Below are positions 38,236-49,967 of a stretch of 64,000 nt of DNA, piece after piece. The stretch spans positions 14,728,150-14,792,149 of the forward strand of contig NC_134026.1 in NCBI RefSeq assembly GCF_964204645.1. The letters are read 5' to 3'. Source of the DNA: Tubulanus polymorphus. Taxonomy: Eukaryota; Animalia; Nemertea. The notes beneath the pieces were generated by a model. It was given only the letters and a program-made list of their open reading frames with translations, searched no databases and was not told the DNA's origin. Every line of letters begins with the position of its first letter. The first letter of the stretch is position 1. The position numbers were made by a program, and so were the translations under genes.

Positions 38236-40050
38236 ATGTCGGATCACGACGTCTCCAGTTCCCCTAGGGGACCGAGATTTAAACGTTGGGGCAAGGTTGA
38301 TACACCTTCTCAGACCCCAGCGTCCTCATCGGGCAAGGTTGATACACCTGAATGCCCGGATACTCGGAAACAGGGCAATGATCCGGGACGATCCGTGTCT
38401 AGGTCCAGGTCCCGATCGAGATTTAGTCGGTCCGACTCTTCGTCTCCTACTAGACGTAGGCACCAGCGCTCTAATAAAAAACGACGTCGTTCACCGTCTG
38501 AACCCAGCTCTGGGTCAAGGTCTCGTTCTAGGTCCCGTTCTAGAGTAAGTCGAAGCTATTCTCCGTCACCTACCAGGCGTAGGCGCAAGCGTGCTCATAA
38601 GCAACAACGTCGTCGCTCACGTTCTAGATCACCGGCTGATAAGCCGTCTGACTCTAGTGACATCAAGAATATGCTAGCGATATTCTCGCAGGAGATCGCT
38701 TCACTTAAGGAACAACTAAAAAGTAAGGAACCCCCGGGCCCCAAGCCTCCATCAGTGCCAACAGGGCTGTCCTGCAACCCAACAGATGGGTTAGTGTTGG
38801 ATGATGTCAACGATTTTTCTGACGAGGAAAAATCTCGTGATCCAGAAGATCCTGGTCTATCCAGGGACGGAGACATGCACAGATCGTGCTCTCCGTCACC
38901 ATCCACAATGGAAGAGACGGGAGACATTCCATTCAAGGACTTAGTAAAAGAAGTTTTCTCCCGATACGGAGGTACCAAGGCCAAACCTAAACCAACCCAG
39001 CCTAGAGGGTCGGCCGCCAAAATCTTCAGTCCATCCGATGACACCGAAGAGTTAGTTTCAGCACCACATTCTGCATATAGAGAAGAATGGCGTGAGACTT
39101 TGGACACGACACTGTGGGGTGGTAAGCGTACAGACAATACTTGGTCTTATCCTCCATTAGAGGCAGGCATGAAGGATTCAAAATTTTTCTCTCCGTTGTA
39201 TCCGCCCATATCGGGGTACAAGACTTATTACTACGCCACACCAGGTGCTGATGATCCCGGATTCAAACCACACTCTGAGTTAGACTCCGATGGGTCAACC
39301 ACGATAGGACTACCCAAAAAACCACCGCCCACCTACACTTTACCAAAACAAGCAATGGGAGCGTTGAACCAATTAGCTCGTAGCATTTGTCAAATCGCGT
39401 CTTTCCAAGACATTTCACTGGTTGCTATGCACGGCGAGTTAGAAAAAGTAAAGTCTCAACTAGTCCAGGATAATCCGGATCCAGAGACAATGTCCGAACA
39501 CGTGGCGACCATAGAGATAATTCTACAGTCTATGGCCAAGGCGTTGTGTCACCAAGTACCTTTGGGTATAAGGATCCAGGCTAACCTAGCCTTGATCAAT
39601 AGATATAGCTTGTTGGCCGACTCCAAACTTCCAGAACCGGTGAAAGTAGCTCTATACAGAGCACCGCTGGGCAATTCCTCACGGGTTTTCTCTGGATGCT
39701 GCGCATCCGCCGATGCGGAGGCCACCAAGATCAGAGAATCTCAGGCTAAGGCCGGTAGGCAGTCATGGAAGACACCAAAAAAGCCTAGTTATTACGCCGG
39801 CAACTCTACTTACAGAAACTCACCGGCAAATCAGCCCGGATACAATCAATCTCAAGTCAACAGCAAATTAAGCTACAAAAAAGCGGGTTGGACAAGCTCC
39901 AAGGGAGCTCAAAGCGACAACAATAACAATTTGAACTATGCCAGTTATTCTCAAAGTTCTTACAGTGACAATCCCCAAAGGGGTAGGGCTAGATTACGTA
40001 GGGGCTTCAATCGACCCTTTCGTGGCCGCGCCAACACAGGTACCCGTTGA
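38236..40050 (+). CDS. DIRS ORF1 (gag-like) with an Arg/Ser-rich N-terminal region
   Basis: Uninterrupted 604-aa ORF in the ORF1 position; SRSRSRSR tracts. Confidence 0.85.
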   Translation: MSDHDVSSSPRGPRFKRWGKVDTPSQTPASSSGKVDTPECPDTRKQGNDPGRSVSRSRSRSRFSRSDSSSPTRRRHQRSNKKRRRSPSEPSSGSRSRSRSRSRVSRSYSPSPTRRRRKRAHKQQRRRSRSRSPADKPSDSSDIKNMLAIFSQEIASLKEQLKSKEPPGPKPPSVPTGLSCNPTDGLVLDDVNDFSDEEKSRDPEDPGLSRDGDMHRSCSPSPSTMEETGDIPFKDLVKEVFSRYGGTKAKPKPTQPRGSAAKIFSPSDDTEELVSAPHSAYREEWRETLDTTLWGGKRTDNTWSYPPLEAGMKDSKFFSPLYPPISGYKTYYYATPGADDPGFKPHSELDSDGSTTIGLPKKPPPTYTLPKQAMGALNQLARSICQIASFQDISLVAMHGELEKVKSQLVQDNPDPETMSEHVATIEIILQSMAKALCHQVPLGIRIQANLALINRYSLLADSKLPEPVKVALYRAPLGNSSRVFSGCCASADAEATKIRESQAKAGRQSWKTPKKPSYYAGNSTYRNSPANQPGYNQSQVNSKLSYKKAGWTSSKGAQSDNNNNLNYASYSQSSYSDNPQRGRARLRRGFNRPFRGRANTGTR

Positions 40051-41947
40051 AGATGTCAGGCCAGTGGGCTCTAGCCTTCAAGACGCCTCTTCCCACTGGC
40101 TAGAAAAATTTGGCGACACTTGGGCTACAAAGATCGTTTCCAAAGGATACCAACTGAAATTCGTTCACAAACCGCATCTATCTCATCAGCCGGTGGAAAT
40201 GAGGCCAAAGTGGGGCAGGAGTCCCACGTTATGCCAGCGATCAACGAGATGATTTTAAAAAGATCGCTGGAAGAAATCCCTCTAGGATCCCCGGGATGGT
40301 ATTCAAGAATTTTCACCGTCCCAAAATCATCTGGGGGCTTAAGGACGGTAATAGATCTGTCAGCTCTAAATCGTTATATCATAGTCCCAAAATTCAAGCT
40401 AACAACACCCAAGGAGGTGATTCAGGGGCTGGAGCCAGGCCAATGGGCAGCATCCATAGATCTGAAGGATGCATAGCTACAAGTACCAATACACAGGAAC
40501 TCAAGAAAGTATTTAAGAGTTCATTGGAGGGGAAGAACATACCAATTTCGGTCTCTGCCCTTCGGCCTGAGTTCAGCCCCTTGGGTCTACACCAAACTTG
40601 TCAAAAGGGTTCAGAAACACCTTCAGTCGAAGGGAGTTCACATTTACTGTTACCTGGACGATTGGCTGGTTGTGGCAAATTCGAAAGCAGAGTGCAAGGA
40701 AGCCTTAGACAAGACAATGGCCTTGATCCGTCAATTAGGTTTCATAGTGAATTTAGAGAAGTCCCAGTTGACCCCCTCTCAAAGGTTCACGTACCTAGGT
40801 ATGCACTTCGACCTGACGCAGGCCTTAGTCAGACCAGCACAGGCCAGAGTTCAGAAGCTGAGGGAGGCAGTTCTCGGTCTCCTGACGGGGGCGCCCAGAT
40901 CGGCTCGGTCCTGGTCCCAGGTTTTGGGCCAGATGAGTTCCGTTGCACTCGTAGTTCCGCTCGGTCGTTTACACAGCCGTTCTCTTCAAAGATTCTGGAA
41001 GCAAGCTTGGAGATCGGCAGGGGAAGAGTGGGATACCTTATTGCCGGTACCACCGGTGAACCTAATCCCCGAACTCGAGTGGTGGACTCTCGCGCAGAAC
41101 TTGACAAGAGGCACCTCCCTAGCACCATTGAAGGCCCCGATTCATCTATTCACGGTTCCAGCCATCAGGGTTGGGGAGCACATGTAGAAGGTTTTCAGAA
41201 AGCCGGGAACTGGTCTCGAGCAGAAGCTCATCTCCACATAAATCACCTGGAACTGTAAGCGGTTCAAAAGGCCTTCAAATACTTCAAAAGGAGGTTAGGG
41301 GGTCATCACGTGTGGCTGTCAACGGACAACTCCAAAGTAAAGGATTATTTGCTCAACCAGGGGGGGGGACCAGGTCCCCAACATTATCCAACTTAGCAGC
41401 TCAGATTCTGACCTGGGTCCAGGCTCAAGGGATGATTCTTTCGGTATCCCACCTGGCCGGCAGCCTGAATGTGGTGGCCGACGCTTTGTCTCGCCAAGAC
41501 AGGCCAGTAGTCACCGAGTGGACATTGACAGTCAGGGTAGCCAATCAAGTCCGGGCCCTGATGGGAAGTCCGAACGTGGACCTGTTTGCCACTCGCTTCA
41601 ACACGAGGTGTCCGGTGTTTGTGTCCCCATTTCAAGACGACTTGGCGTGGAGGGTGGACGCTCTATCTCTGAGTTGGGACAACCTGCTAGCTTATGCCTT
41701 TTCCCCCACTCACCTACTCAATCGAGTGTTGGAGAAGATAGAGGGGGCAGTCAACTGTCAAGTGGTCTTAGTGGCTCCCCGTTGGCCGACTCAGACATGG
41801 TTCGTCAGACTCCTTCATCTACTGGTGGACTTCCCTCGCACTCTGCCCAATTACCCCGGGTTACTGTCCCAGGGACGATTCAAGTTACACCCAAATCAAT
41901 TCCAATTGAATCTACACGCCTGGCCATTGTCAAGCGACAGCTTTTAA
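39938..41947 (+). pseudogene. DIRS reverse transcriptase/RNase H/DAM-methyltransferase-like ORF (frameshifts and stops)
   Basis: YSRIFTVPKSSGGLRTVIDL, SIDLKDA*, LPFGLSSAP, YLDDW, HINHLEL*, NVVADALSR, VDLFATRFN, VAPRWPTQTWF. Start approximate. Confidence 0.93.
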
Positions 41948-43038
41948 ACCAAGGAATTTCTTCGGGGGCAGCCAGATTTATCGTGGAATCCAAACGTCCC
42001 TCTACCGGAGCATTGTACGATTCCAAATGGGAATGTTACTCCGATTGGTGTAATAGGAGAGCGGTGGATTCTCTCCACCCCTCTGTGTCAGAGTTAATAG
42101 ATTTTTTCTATTTCCTGTTCGAAGAGAAGAATAGACAGGTTATAACCATTAAAGGCTACAGATCAGCAATAGGGCATACTTTTCGTTCAGCGGGCGTCCC
42201 TGTAGTGACGGAGGATGTGAAAATAGCTCAATTGATATCAGGTTTTGGGGTTAAGAGACCCAAACAGGTTTCAGATATCCCGCCATGGGACTTAACAGTG
42301 GTTCTTAGAGCACTTATGATCACTCCCTTCGAGCCTATCCGCAATACTACCCTGTCAGACTTATCTAAGAAAACGGTGTTCTTACTGTTCTTAGCGATGG
42401 CCGCGAGGCGTTCAGAGGTTCATGCTTTATCGATGCGTCCTGGTCATATTTCCTTTGGTCCACAAGATAGGTTTGTCATTTTAAGGCCTGGTCTTAGTTT
42501 CATTGCCAAGAATCAAAAGGCTTCCGTAGCAGCCAGATCTTGGAAGATCGAGGTTTTGACGCATAGGGTATCTCACGATCTTCCTGATACGTCGCTCTGT
42601 CCAGTAAGAGCTTTAAAGGAGTACCTAGAGAGGACACTTCCCCACAGACAAGATAGGGAGAGGCTCTTTATTCCTCTCCGACAAGGGGATAAGAGAGATA
42701 TCGCAAGGGACACAATCGCTTGATGGATTGTATCTTTAATTAAAGAAACTCTGCATTCTCAGGGGGCCCAGGCTCCGCTCGGGATACATTCTCATCAGGT
42801 GAGGGCATTAGCCACATCCTGGTCATTATTCACGGGGGCTTCCTTGGAACAGGTTTGTCGTTCAGCCTTCTGGACGTCTCCATCTACCTTCTCGTCATTT
42901 CATTTGAAGGACGTTTCTGGACAGTTAGGCTCACTGTCCACGTTGGGTCCAATTGTTACTGCACAACGAATAAGCGTACAAAAACCCAAAAAACATCGGG
43001 CCCAGTTAGACCTTTTTAAACCAGGTCCTGGGGATTAA
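41518..43038 (+). pseudogene. DIRS tyrosine recombinase (nonsense codon at 42721; catalytic Tyr position reads His)
   Basis: AMAARRSEV, LCPVRAL, then after TGA: HSHQVRALATS, AFW, TFSSFHLKD. Confidence 0.9.
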
Positions 43039-43542
43039 AGGGTTTCTTCTGTATTCAGCTATAAGAAAGTTGATGTATATAAGTTGTGGGCATCTTTTAC
43101 AGGGCCTAGGTTACCTTAAGACAGTTAGTGGTAAGGGTTCCTTTTTTGTTATAGGTATTAAGTTTAGACATGAATCATGATTTCATTTATATAGCCTGGG
43201 CAAGGCTGCGTCTAGAGTTTAAGTTTTTTGCCTACTGGTTTAGGTTAATATCGAGGTAATGGCATTCAGTGCCTTACTAAGGTATCCGGGAGTGAGTTGA
43301 CACCGGGTTGTTTGATTTCCTTTTTTCGACTCAAACGTAACGGGGTCATAATAGGCATGTTATTATCTACCAATACAGTTAGGAACTGAAAAGGAAGCGG
43401 CACGGTAGCTCCCTGATTTTTGGTTTTCCACTGGCTCACCTGGGGTTTGTTGCGGTTTTCTGCAGAGAGTTTTAGGGTGAGTGTAAGTGTAGAGAATTTA
43501 AATCGACTTTTGGTCGCCTCCCTCCTCCATTCTTTGGGATTC

Positions 43543-43642
43543 TGGCTATAGTGTATTTTCCCAGGGAATGTATTCGAAGTAAATATTACAATTTTGTTCA
43601 AAAATTGGTATTTACGAGGAATACTTACCTGGGAAAATACAC
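43543..43642. repeat. DIRS internal complementary region (ICR)
   Basis: First half complementary to the left end (TATTTACTTCGAATACATTCCCTGGG), second half complementary to the right end (CCCAGGTAAGTATTCCTCG...AAAATTGTAAT). Confidence 0.95.
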
Positions 43643-44655
43643 GGGTATTCCCACCCAGCCGTCCCCCAGGCGATTGAGGGATTATTGGCGCAAAAAGATG
43701 ATGGCGTCTCGCCAGATGGCGCTATGTTACGGCGCCCCTACCAAAAGTCGATTCGGGCGTTATCTGCCTAGCCAAAAGCAATATGGCTATAGTGTATTTT
43801 CCCAGGTAAGTATTCCTCGTAAATACCAATTTTTGAACAAAATTGTAATTTTTCGCAAAAAGCTGAAAGCAAAAATATCAGTTTTAAAAAGCCAATCTCC
43901 TCTATGATTGGATTAGCTGCAGAAATCAGCAGGTGTTCATGTGAACCCGCGGTATCGTTTTACTGTTTTACTTCCAGGTTTTATCTTAAGATTTAAAATT
44001 GTATTTCAAGATCGATTTCTGTGAAATCTATATTTGATTTTGTTTTCGGAGGAATCTTTATTTACACTACAAAAGAAATTCATCCTTGACGATTGCCCAA
44101 TGGTCAAGAAAATTATGTTTTTCTCATATCGGATGGATGACCTTGATATGCTAATTAGCCATGTGCTCAAATTGCAAATTCAATAGGCAATCAATATAGG
44201 ACTGATATTTAATGCATTTCCAGTAGGTCACCGAATACCTTTCTCTGTGTCCGCCGTGCGCTGGTCCCTTTACACCAGTAATTGGGAACGTAGGCTTTCA
44301 TACCAGAGGTCGAGCGGTCGAGACTCCACTCATCACCACAAGTAATAATTCAATTGAGTATGAGACACCACTCATCACAGCTAGGCTCTAGTGAGAACGG
44401 ACGATTGCTCTGTGGTACACATATACAGTGAGTGCGCGTAACAACAGCTGCGCGTGGATAGATCGATACAGTGAGTCTCTACTGAGAACGGTTATTAACG
44501 CGTGTGCTATTACTGTAGTACAGTGATTGCGTGTCAACTGTTCCCAGATAAATAGATGCTGTGAGGCTTGGGTGAGAACGGTTAATAGCGTGTTTGTTAT
44601 ATACAGGGGGAAGTAATCCCCACTCATCACCACAAGTAATTTGTTTTCCTTATTA

Positions 44656-44982
44656 ATGGGAGATAGAAAAGCATTCTTAGCAACAATAAATAACAGAATA
44701 AAACCAGCAAAAAAACAATTTGAAATAAAAAAGTTAGTTGATGTTACAAAAGAAATTGAACATAAAATATTGAAATTAGAAAAGATAAAAACTAAATATG
44801 GAGAGAAAGTATCAGCTAATTTAAGCTACTGTAATGTAAGTACATCGCGAGAATTTAAAGTATTTTTACCTGATAAATGGGCTTCATTGAGTACAGAGGA
44901 ATTAAAAGATTTAGAAGGATTTAAAATAATCTATCATGGAAAAAATGAAGATGGCCATCATGATTTAGAAATTGTTGATTAA
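44656..44982 (+). CDS. Small basic protein, paralogue of 53511-53864 (possible OB-fold ssDNA-binding protein)
   Basis: Shared KKL..KYG(E/D)K..F...LPD..LS.E.L..Y.GKNE.GHH pattern; function is inference. Confidence 0.7.
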   Translation: MGDRKAFLATINNRIKPAKKQFEIKKLVDVTKEIEHKILKLEKIKTKYGEKVSANLSYCNVSTSREFKVFLPDKWASLSTEELKDLEGFKIIYHGKNEDGHHDLEIVD

Positions 44983-45114
44983 ATTAAAAAAACAAGATAA
45001 ATTAATAAAAATAATGAATATCTAGAATCCGAAATGACTTATCTGGACAATTTAATTGCTCCGCATAGATAGACAAAAGTAGTGAGATATTCAATTATTT
45101 TTTTTGTTTTTTTT

Positions 45115-45492
45115 CTAAAATATTAATCCATTTTTTTTTATTATCAATTTTGGAATTTCAGAAGTATTTTCATTTTTGATAGCAGTTGTTTCAGAATTAT
45201 TAATATCATGAATTTTATTTGATTTCTTATACCAATTACACCCAATCAAAATGAATAAAATTACAAATCCAACTGTAGAATATAGACATTTATCAAATAT
45301 TCTATCATTAGAAGGAGTAGAAATAACAATATTTTCACTATTTTTATTAACATTTTTATTACTTATTTTTTCTTTTACATCTTTTTTATATTCTTGTGAT
45401 TTAATTCCTAATTGCTGAGACCATTCAATTTGTTTCTGTGATCTCGGTTTTTTCTTCACAGTTAATTCCTTCACTTCTTCCACCTTGTTCAT
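45115..45492 (-). CDS. Basic protein with one predicted transmembrane segment
   Basis: TAAATG start; KKKPRSQKQ; VGFVILFILIG. Confidence 0.7.
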   Translation of the reverse strand: MNKVEEVKELTVKKKPRSQKQIEWSQQLGIKSQEYKKDVKEKISNKNVNKNSENIVISTPSNDRIFDKCLYSTVGFVILFILIGCNWYKKSNKIHDINNSETTAIKNENTSEIPKLIIKKNGLIF

Positions 45493-46028
45493 TTATTATA
45501 GAAATATTTTTACTTTCAATATTTGAAAATGTTATAACTCCAGTTGATAATAATGTCATAAATCCACCTAATTGAAATGATAAATATCCAATCCATTTAT
45601 TTAATTCAGTCATAACTAAATAATCATTTTTTAAATCGGAATATAATCTATTTTCATTCAATTGGTAGTATATAATTACATAATTTACTATAACCTTTTA
45701 CTACATTTTCTGATATCGCGTCATTAATTCTAGCTGTTCTCGCGGCTTCATAAATCTTAAATAATCTAATAATTTCATCTGATTTCATTGTATCTAATTC
45801 ATTATAAGTTAAATTTTTACCGACAAAATTTTTACATTTTCCAGATGCTATTAATATTTCTAATTGATGTTTACAATAAAGATAATATTCATAATTATTA
45901 TTTGTTGTAACATTATTTAAAGCACCATCATCTGGAGTTAATTTTGTTTCTGTTATTCCTAAATCATCTAAAGTTTTTTCAATTGGAACATCACCATTTT
46001 TAGATTTTATTTTCTTTTCACCTACCAT
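45425..46028 (-). pseudogene. Polinton-associated hypothetical protein (frameshift near 45657)
   Basis: Two overlapping ORFs join into one protein (LEILIASGKCKNFVGKNLT...LPIE/NENRLYSDLKND); TAAATG start. Confidence 0.7.
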
Positions 46029-46057
46029 TTATATAACAAAAATATTATTTGTGATGT

Positions 46058-46332
46058 TGTAACTAGAATTCAACTAGAATGTAACTAGAATTCAACTAGA
46101 TTAACAAGCTAGTTGAAATATTGTTGTTTTTGTTTATTTCTTGTTAAATCTAGTTGATTTTTGTTCCAACTACTAACAACTAGAATTCAACTAGAATGTA
46201 ACTAGAATTAAACTTGATTAACAAGCTAGTTAAAATATTGTTAAATCTAGTTGATTTTTGTTCCAACTACCAATAACTAGAATTCAAATAGAATGTAACT
46301 AGAATTCAACTAGATTAACAAGCTAGTTGAAT
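46058..46332. repeat. Intergenic repeat array, three blocks of AACTAGAATTCAACTAGAATGTAACTAGAATTCAACTAGATTAACAAGCTAGTT
   Basis: Direct reading; blocks near 46060, 46177 and 46276. Confidence 0.92.
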
Positions 46333-46947
46333 TTAGATAAATTCATATTTAAATGGGTGTTGTAATCTAAATAGTAATTTTGATCTTTTAATATTTTTCA
46401 ACTTATCCATATATTCATTATGTAAATCATGTGGAATAATATCATTTTCCTCAAGTGCATTTTTCATCGATTTTCTATCTTTATTGTAGAATAAAACTAG
46501 AAATCTAATGTTTTCTCTAAAGTCTTCAACAATTGAATTATATTTTTGATTTAAAACCCAAGTTGTTATCCCAAAATGTCTGCCAGAAAAAGCTAAATAG
46601 CATAACTCACTTTCTCTAACTTTTGAATCATGTAAATTTGCGCAATCATCTATGATAAATAATGTATTTGATCCTTTATAAATATCAATTGCTATTTTTA
46701 TACAATTATCTTTATCTAAATTTTCTTTTACTGTTTTATGATCTAATATAATAAATTTATTATTTCTAGTAATATTTCTATCATAAGTTTGATTAAATTC
46801 ATATGTTGGACAAAATAATACTATATTATCAAAATAGTTTTCATAAACAGTTTCTAATAAATTTAATATAAAATAAGTTTTTCTACAATTTGTTACGCCA
46901 GAAATTAACATATTATGAGGCTCAAATATGAATAATTCCTTATTAAT
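46333..46947 (-). pseudogene. A32/FtsK-like genome-packaging ATPase (Walker A Gly to Arg; probable start ATG to ATT)
   Basis: ISGVTNCRKT, LFIIDDC, SGRHFGITTWVLNQKY..FREN; in-frame TAA-ATT at 46947 directly after the integrase stop. Confidence 0.88.
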
Positions 46948-48075
46948 TTATATATTTTTAATTTTACTTGATAATATCCATTCATTGAATTTATCTGGCC
47001 ATCCAACCCATTTTACTAAAGAATATTTTTTTCTTTTAATAGTTTTTGTTTTTAATACTTCTTCAGTTTTATATTCTTGTTCTAGATTTTCAGTAGTTAA
47101 ACTCAATTCTTCTTCGTAAAAGTAGCCATCAACTTCTTCACCATCTAAATCTTCTAATTTATAGACATATGGTTTTGTTGTTATTACCTTTTTTATTTTA
47201 TATATTTCTCTAGTAAAATTTCGATCGTATCCTTTATCAAATATCTTTTTATACTTAGAAATTCTAACATTTTGACCAACTTTAAATTTAGGTTCACCAA
47301 AATCATCTACAAGAAATGCTCCGTATAAATTATTCCAAACAATTTCAGCATTTTCAGGTTTTCTAGCATCAATAGGTTTCATTCCAATAGAAGAATGATA
47401 AGAATTATTATATCCTTCTATCAATTTTGGTAAAACATCAATCCATTTTAAAGTATTATTTGCTGTAAAATATTTCCACATTCTTGTTCTTAATGTTCTA
47501 TTAAATCGTTCAACAACTGCCGCTTTTTTATCCGATTTTGTTGAAAAATATTTTATATTATGATTATCTAAGAGTTCATGAACAAGTGAATTATCAAACT
47601 CTTTTCCATCATCAAATTGTATTATTTCTGGTTTTAGTTTATCATCCGAAAGAAATTTTCTTAAAACATTTGATGTTTGTACAGCATCTTTTCTATAAAG
47701 TGGGAAGCTCCATACATAACGACTAAAAATATCAATTATATTCAATATCTACCAATAATCATCATTATCTTTTTTAACATTTTTCATATCAATTAAATCT
47801 CCTTGCCACTGTTGATCTACATAACTTACCATAGTTTTACGAGTTTTATATTTTCTAACAATTTTTTTATGTGTTGTGTATGTTGGTTGTTCTAACATAA
47901 ATTCATTTATATCTTTATATTTAATTAAATTTTGTGGGATTATCTTATCTAATTTATCTTGTTTTACTTGACGCCATATTTTTTTGGCAGAAGAATAAGC
48001 AACCGAACTCTCAGGGTTGTAATATAAATTTCTTAAATATTGTTCTTTAGTATTAGGAGATTTTATACCACCCAT
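46948..48075 (-). pseudogene. Retroviral-like (rve) integrase with C-terminal chromodomain; single in-frame TAG at 47749
   Basis: WQGDLIDM, IDIFSRY, QFDDGKEF, VVERFNRT, YSLVKWVGWPDKFNEWI; both ORF pieces are in the same frame. Confidence 0.95.
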
Positions 48076-48105
48076 TTATATATCGTTAATTTTAACTTTA
48101 TATTT

Positions 48106-49353
48106 CTAATATTGAATACTATCTAATTGTGAATTTACAATATTTAGTTGTGCGTCAGATATAATATAAATGTGCATTTTGAAATTTAAGCTTCCTTTTT
48201 TCTTTTTCATGAATAATTGTATTCCATCTTTTGTATTTTGTAGTTTTTTCCCAGAACCATGTAATGAATTATCCTCTGTTGTTCTAAAATCTAACCATAA
48301 TGCGTATTTATTGCCGGTATAATAATCAATTTGATTAATATTACAATTTTCAAATGATTTTACTTTTTCATTCATAAAATGTTTTCTAATTTCTGGCCAC
48401 TGATCTATCATTCTCATTCCTTGACAAAATATTTTATTTGCTATTCCTTCGATAGTTATTTCTACTTTTGTTATTTCAGGATTATAATAATTATCTACCT
48501 TTATTGCACCATTAGAATATGTTGCAATGGTAAAAAATATTAATATACCTTTAATAGATCTTCTTGGGAAGTTAATATTCTCATTAATTATTTCATCATT
48601 TGCATTAATAGTTACAGTTTTAAATTTATCAATATAATCATATAATAATGAAAATCCTTGATTGTATTGAGTTTGAATTGTGCTAGCAATATTTTCATTA
48701 GTTACTGTGTTATATTCTAAACATATATTCGATAATTTATAACCCATATCTTTAACAACGCTAGATAATACAATTTCATTCACAGGAGCAAATGTTATCT
48801 CAAATATAATATCTTCTTGAATTGCGTATTTATATACAGGTGCATTATTATTTATCAATTCAAAGTCTAATGGAATTTTATATTTGCTTCCATAAATCTT
48901 TTTAATCAAATCATCTATGGCACGAGTTACTATTGCGTCATTAGCTCCCGATCTTAATTTATTATGGTTTTCCGATTGAATACCCTGAAATATCATATTA
49001 TTTCTATTTTCTTTAGTTAACCATAAATCTTTATAATGCATAAATAAATTATAATCATCTAATGAGAAAACTGTTTCTGGACCAATCTTTATTGTTAATT
49101 TTATAATCAAATATCTCCCAACATTATCAACAACATAATTATTATCATGACCAGTTACTTTTATATCAGCTGATAAATAAATACTATTTGGAACATAAAA
49201 AGTATTTTGTGTTAATCTAGGAATTCTAACATATAAAGTTTCATCGGGATTTATATTTGAAGGATTATGAGTAATTATATGATGTGATCTTTCTGCTTTA
49301 ATAGCATTAGATATTCTAGAAATCTTAGAAGGACTTATATAACTCCCACTCAT
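48106..49353 (-). CDS. Major capsid protein (double jelly-roll, hexon-like)
   Basis: Intact 415 aa; THNPSNINPDETLYVRIPRL, YKDLW, INENINFPRRSIKGIL, YNPEITKVEITIEG, KYALWLDFRT..LHGSG resemble invertebrate Polinton MCPs; size and context fit. Confidence 0.85.
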   Translation of the reverse strand: MSGSYISPSKISRISNAIKAERSHHIITHNPSNINPDETLYVRIPRLTQNTFYVPNSIYLSADIKVTGHDNNYVVDNVGRYLIIKLTIKIGPETVFSLDDYNLFMHYKDLWLTKENRNNMIFQGIQSENHNKLRSGANDAIVTRAIDDLIKKIYGSKYKIPLDFELINNNAPVYKYAIQEDIIFEITFAPVNEIVLSSVVKDMGYKLSNICLEYNTVTNENIASTIQTQYNQGFSLLYDYIDKFKTVTINANDEIINENINFPRRSIKGILIFFTIATYSNGAIKVDNYYNPEITKVEITIEGIANKIFCQGMRMIDQWPEIRKHFMNEKVKSFENCNINQIDYYTGNKYALWLDFRTTEDNSLHGSGKKLQNTKDGIQLFMKKKKGSLNFKMHIYIISDAQLNIVNSQLDSIQY

Positions 49354-49379
49354 TTATTTAATAAAAAAATTAATTATTT

Positions 49380-49967
49380 ATTTTTATTATTTTTTTCTTG
49401 ATATCTTTTTGATATCATATTCACTAACCCAAAAATAATAGCACTTACAACTGTAATTAAAAATAAAATAATATGTTCAGCAGCAAAGTTAATAATGTTT
49501 CCTGCATATTTGAATCATTATCAATTTGTTGAATATCTCTTCTCGATGTTTCGGGTGTTGAAGATCTTAATCAATCTAATCGATCTCCATATTCTTCCAT
49601 TTCTGGATCAAAATCAGTAGGGTTTAAATTTGGATTTTTTAATGGTGAATATTTGTCAATATCAATTTTAGGAATTGGTTCTTCTTCATTTATTCTATCG
49701 ATTGCATTCCATTTAATTCTGAGAAATTCTCTACCACCTTCTGAACGTTCAATTGAAGATCCTGCACGCATTTCAGGATGGAACAGATCTTCTTGTCCCA
49801 TTTTAGATAATTGAATTGATACAGTTTCGTTATTTAATTCAACTTAATAAAACCATGGATCATTTTTAAATTCTAAATTATTCATAAAATGTGGATCATC
49901 TTCTCTAATTTGTTCTGAAATATCTTCTGGTTCAATGTTATCTGTTATATTTTTTGGTAATAATATA
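49380..49967 (-). pseudogene. 3' remnant of a gene ending in a hydrophobic segment
   Basis: Short ORF 49571-49801 and a decayed hydrophobic tail near 49400-49500; 5' part missing. Confidence 0.45.

Larger units (their letters stand above)
37727..43849 (+). mobile_element. Full-length DIRS-1-type tyrosine-recombinase retrotransposon
   Basis: Inverted terminal repeats 37746-37862/43690-43806, internal complementary region 43543-43642, gag, RT-RNase H-methyltransferase-like and YR reading frames. Confidence 0.96.

Noticed and set aside
38297-41635. Alternative-frame and antisense ORFs within DIRS (e.g. 38595-39137, 40296-41258, 40829-41128)
   Set aside because: Shadows of GC-richer gag/pol sequence; 40296-41258 may reflect the usual DIRS frame overlap but shows no independent domain apart from a frameshifted RNase H piece at its end.
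46058-46332. Repeat blocks as a CRISPR-like array
   Set aside because: Intervening sequences are themselves repeated rather than unique spacers.
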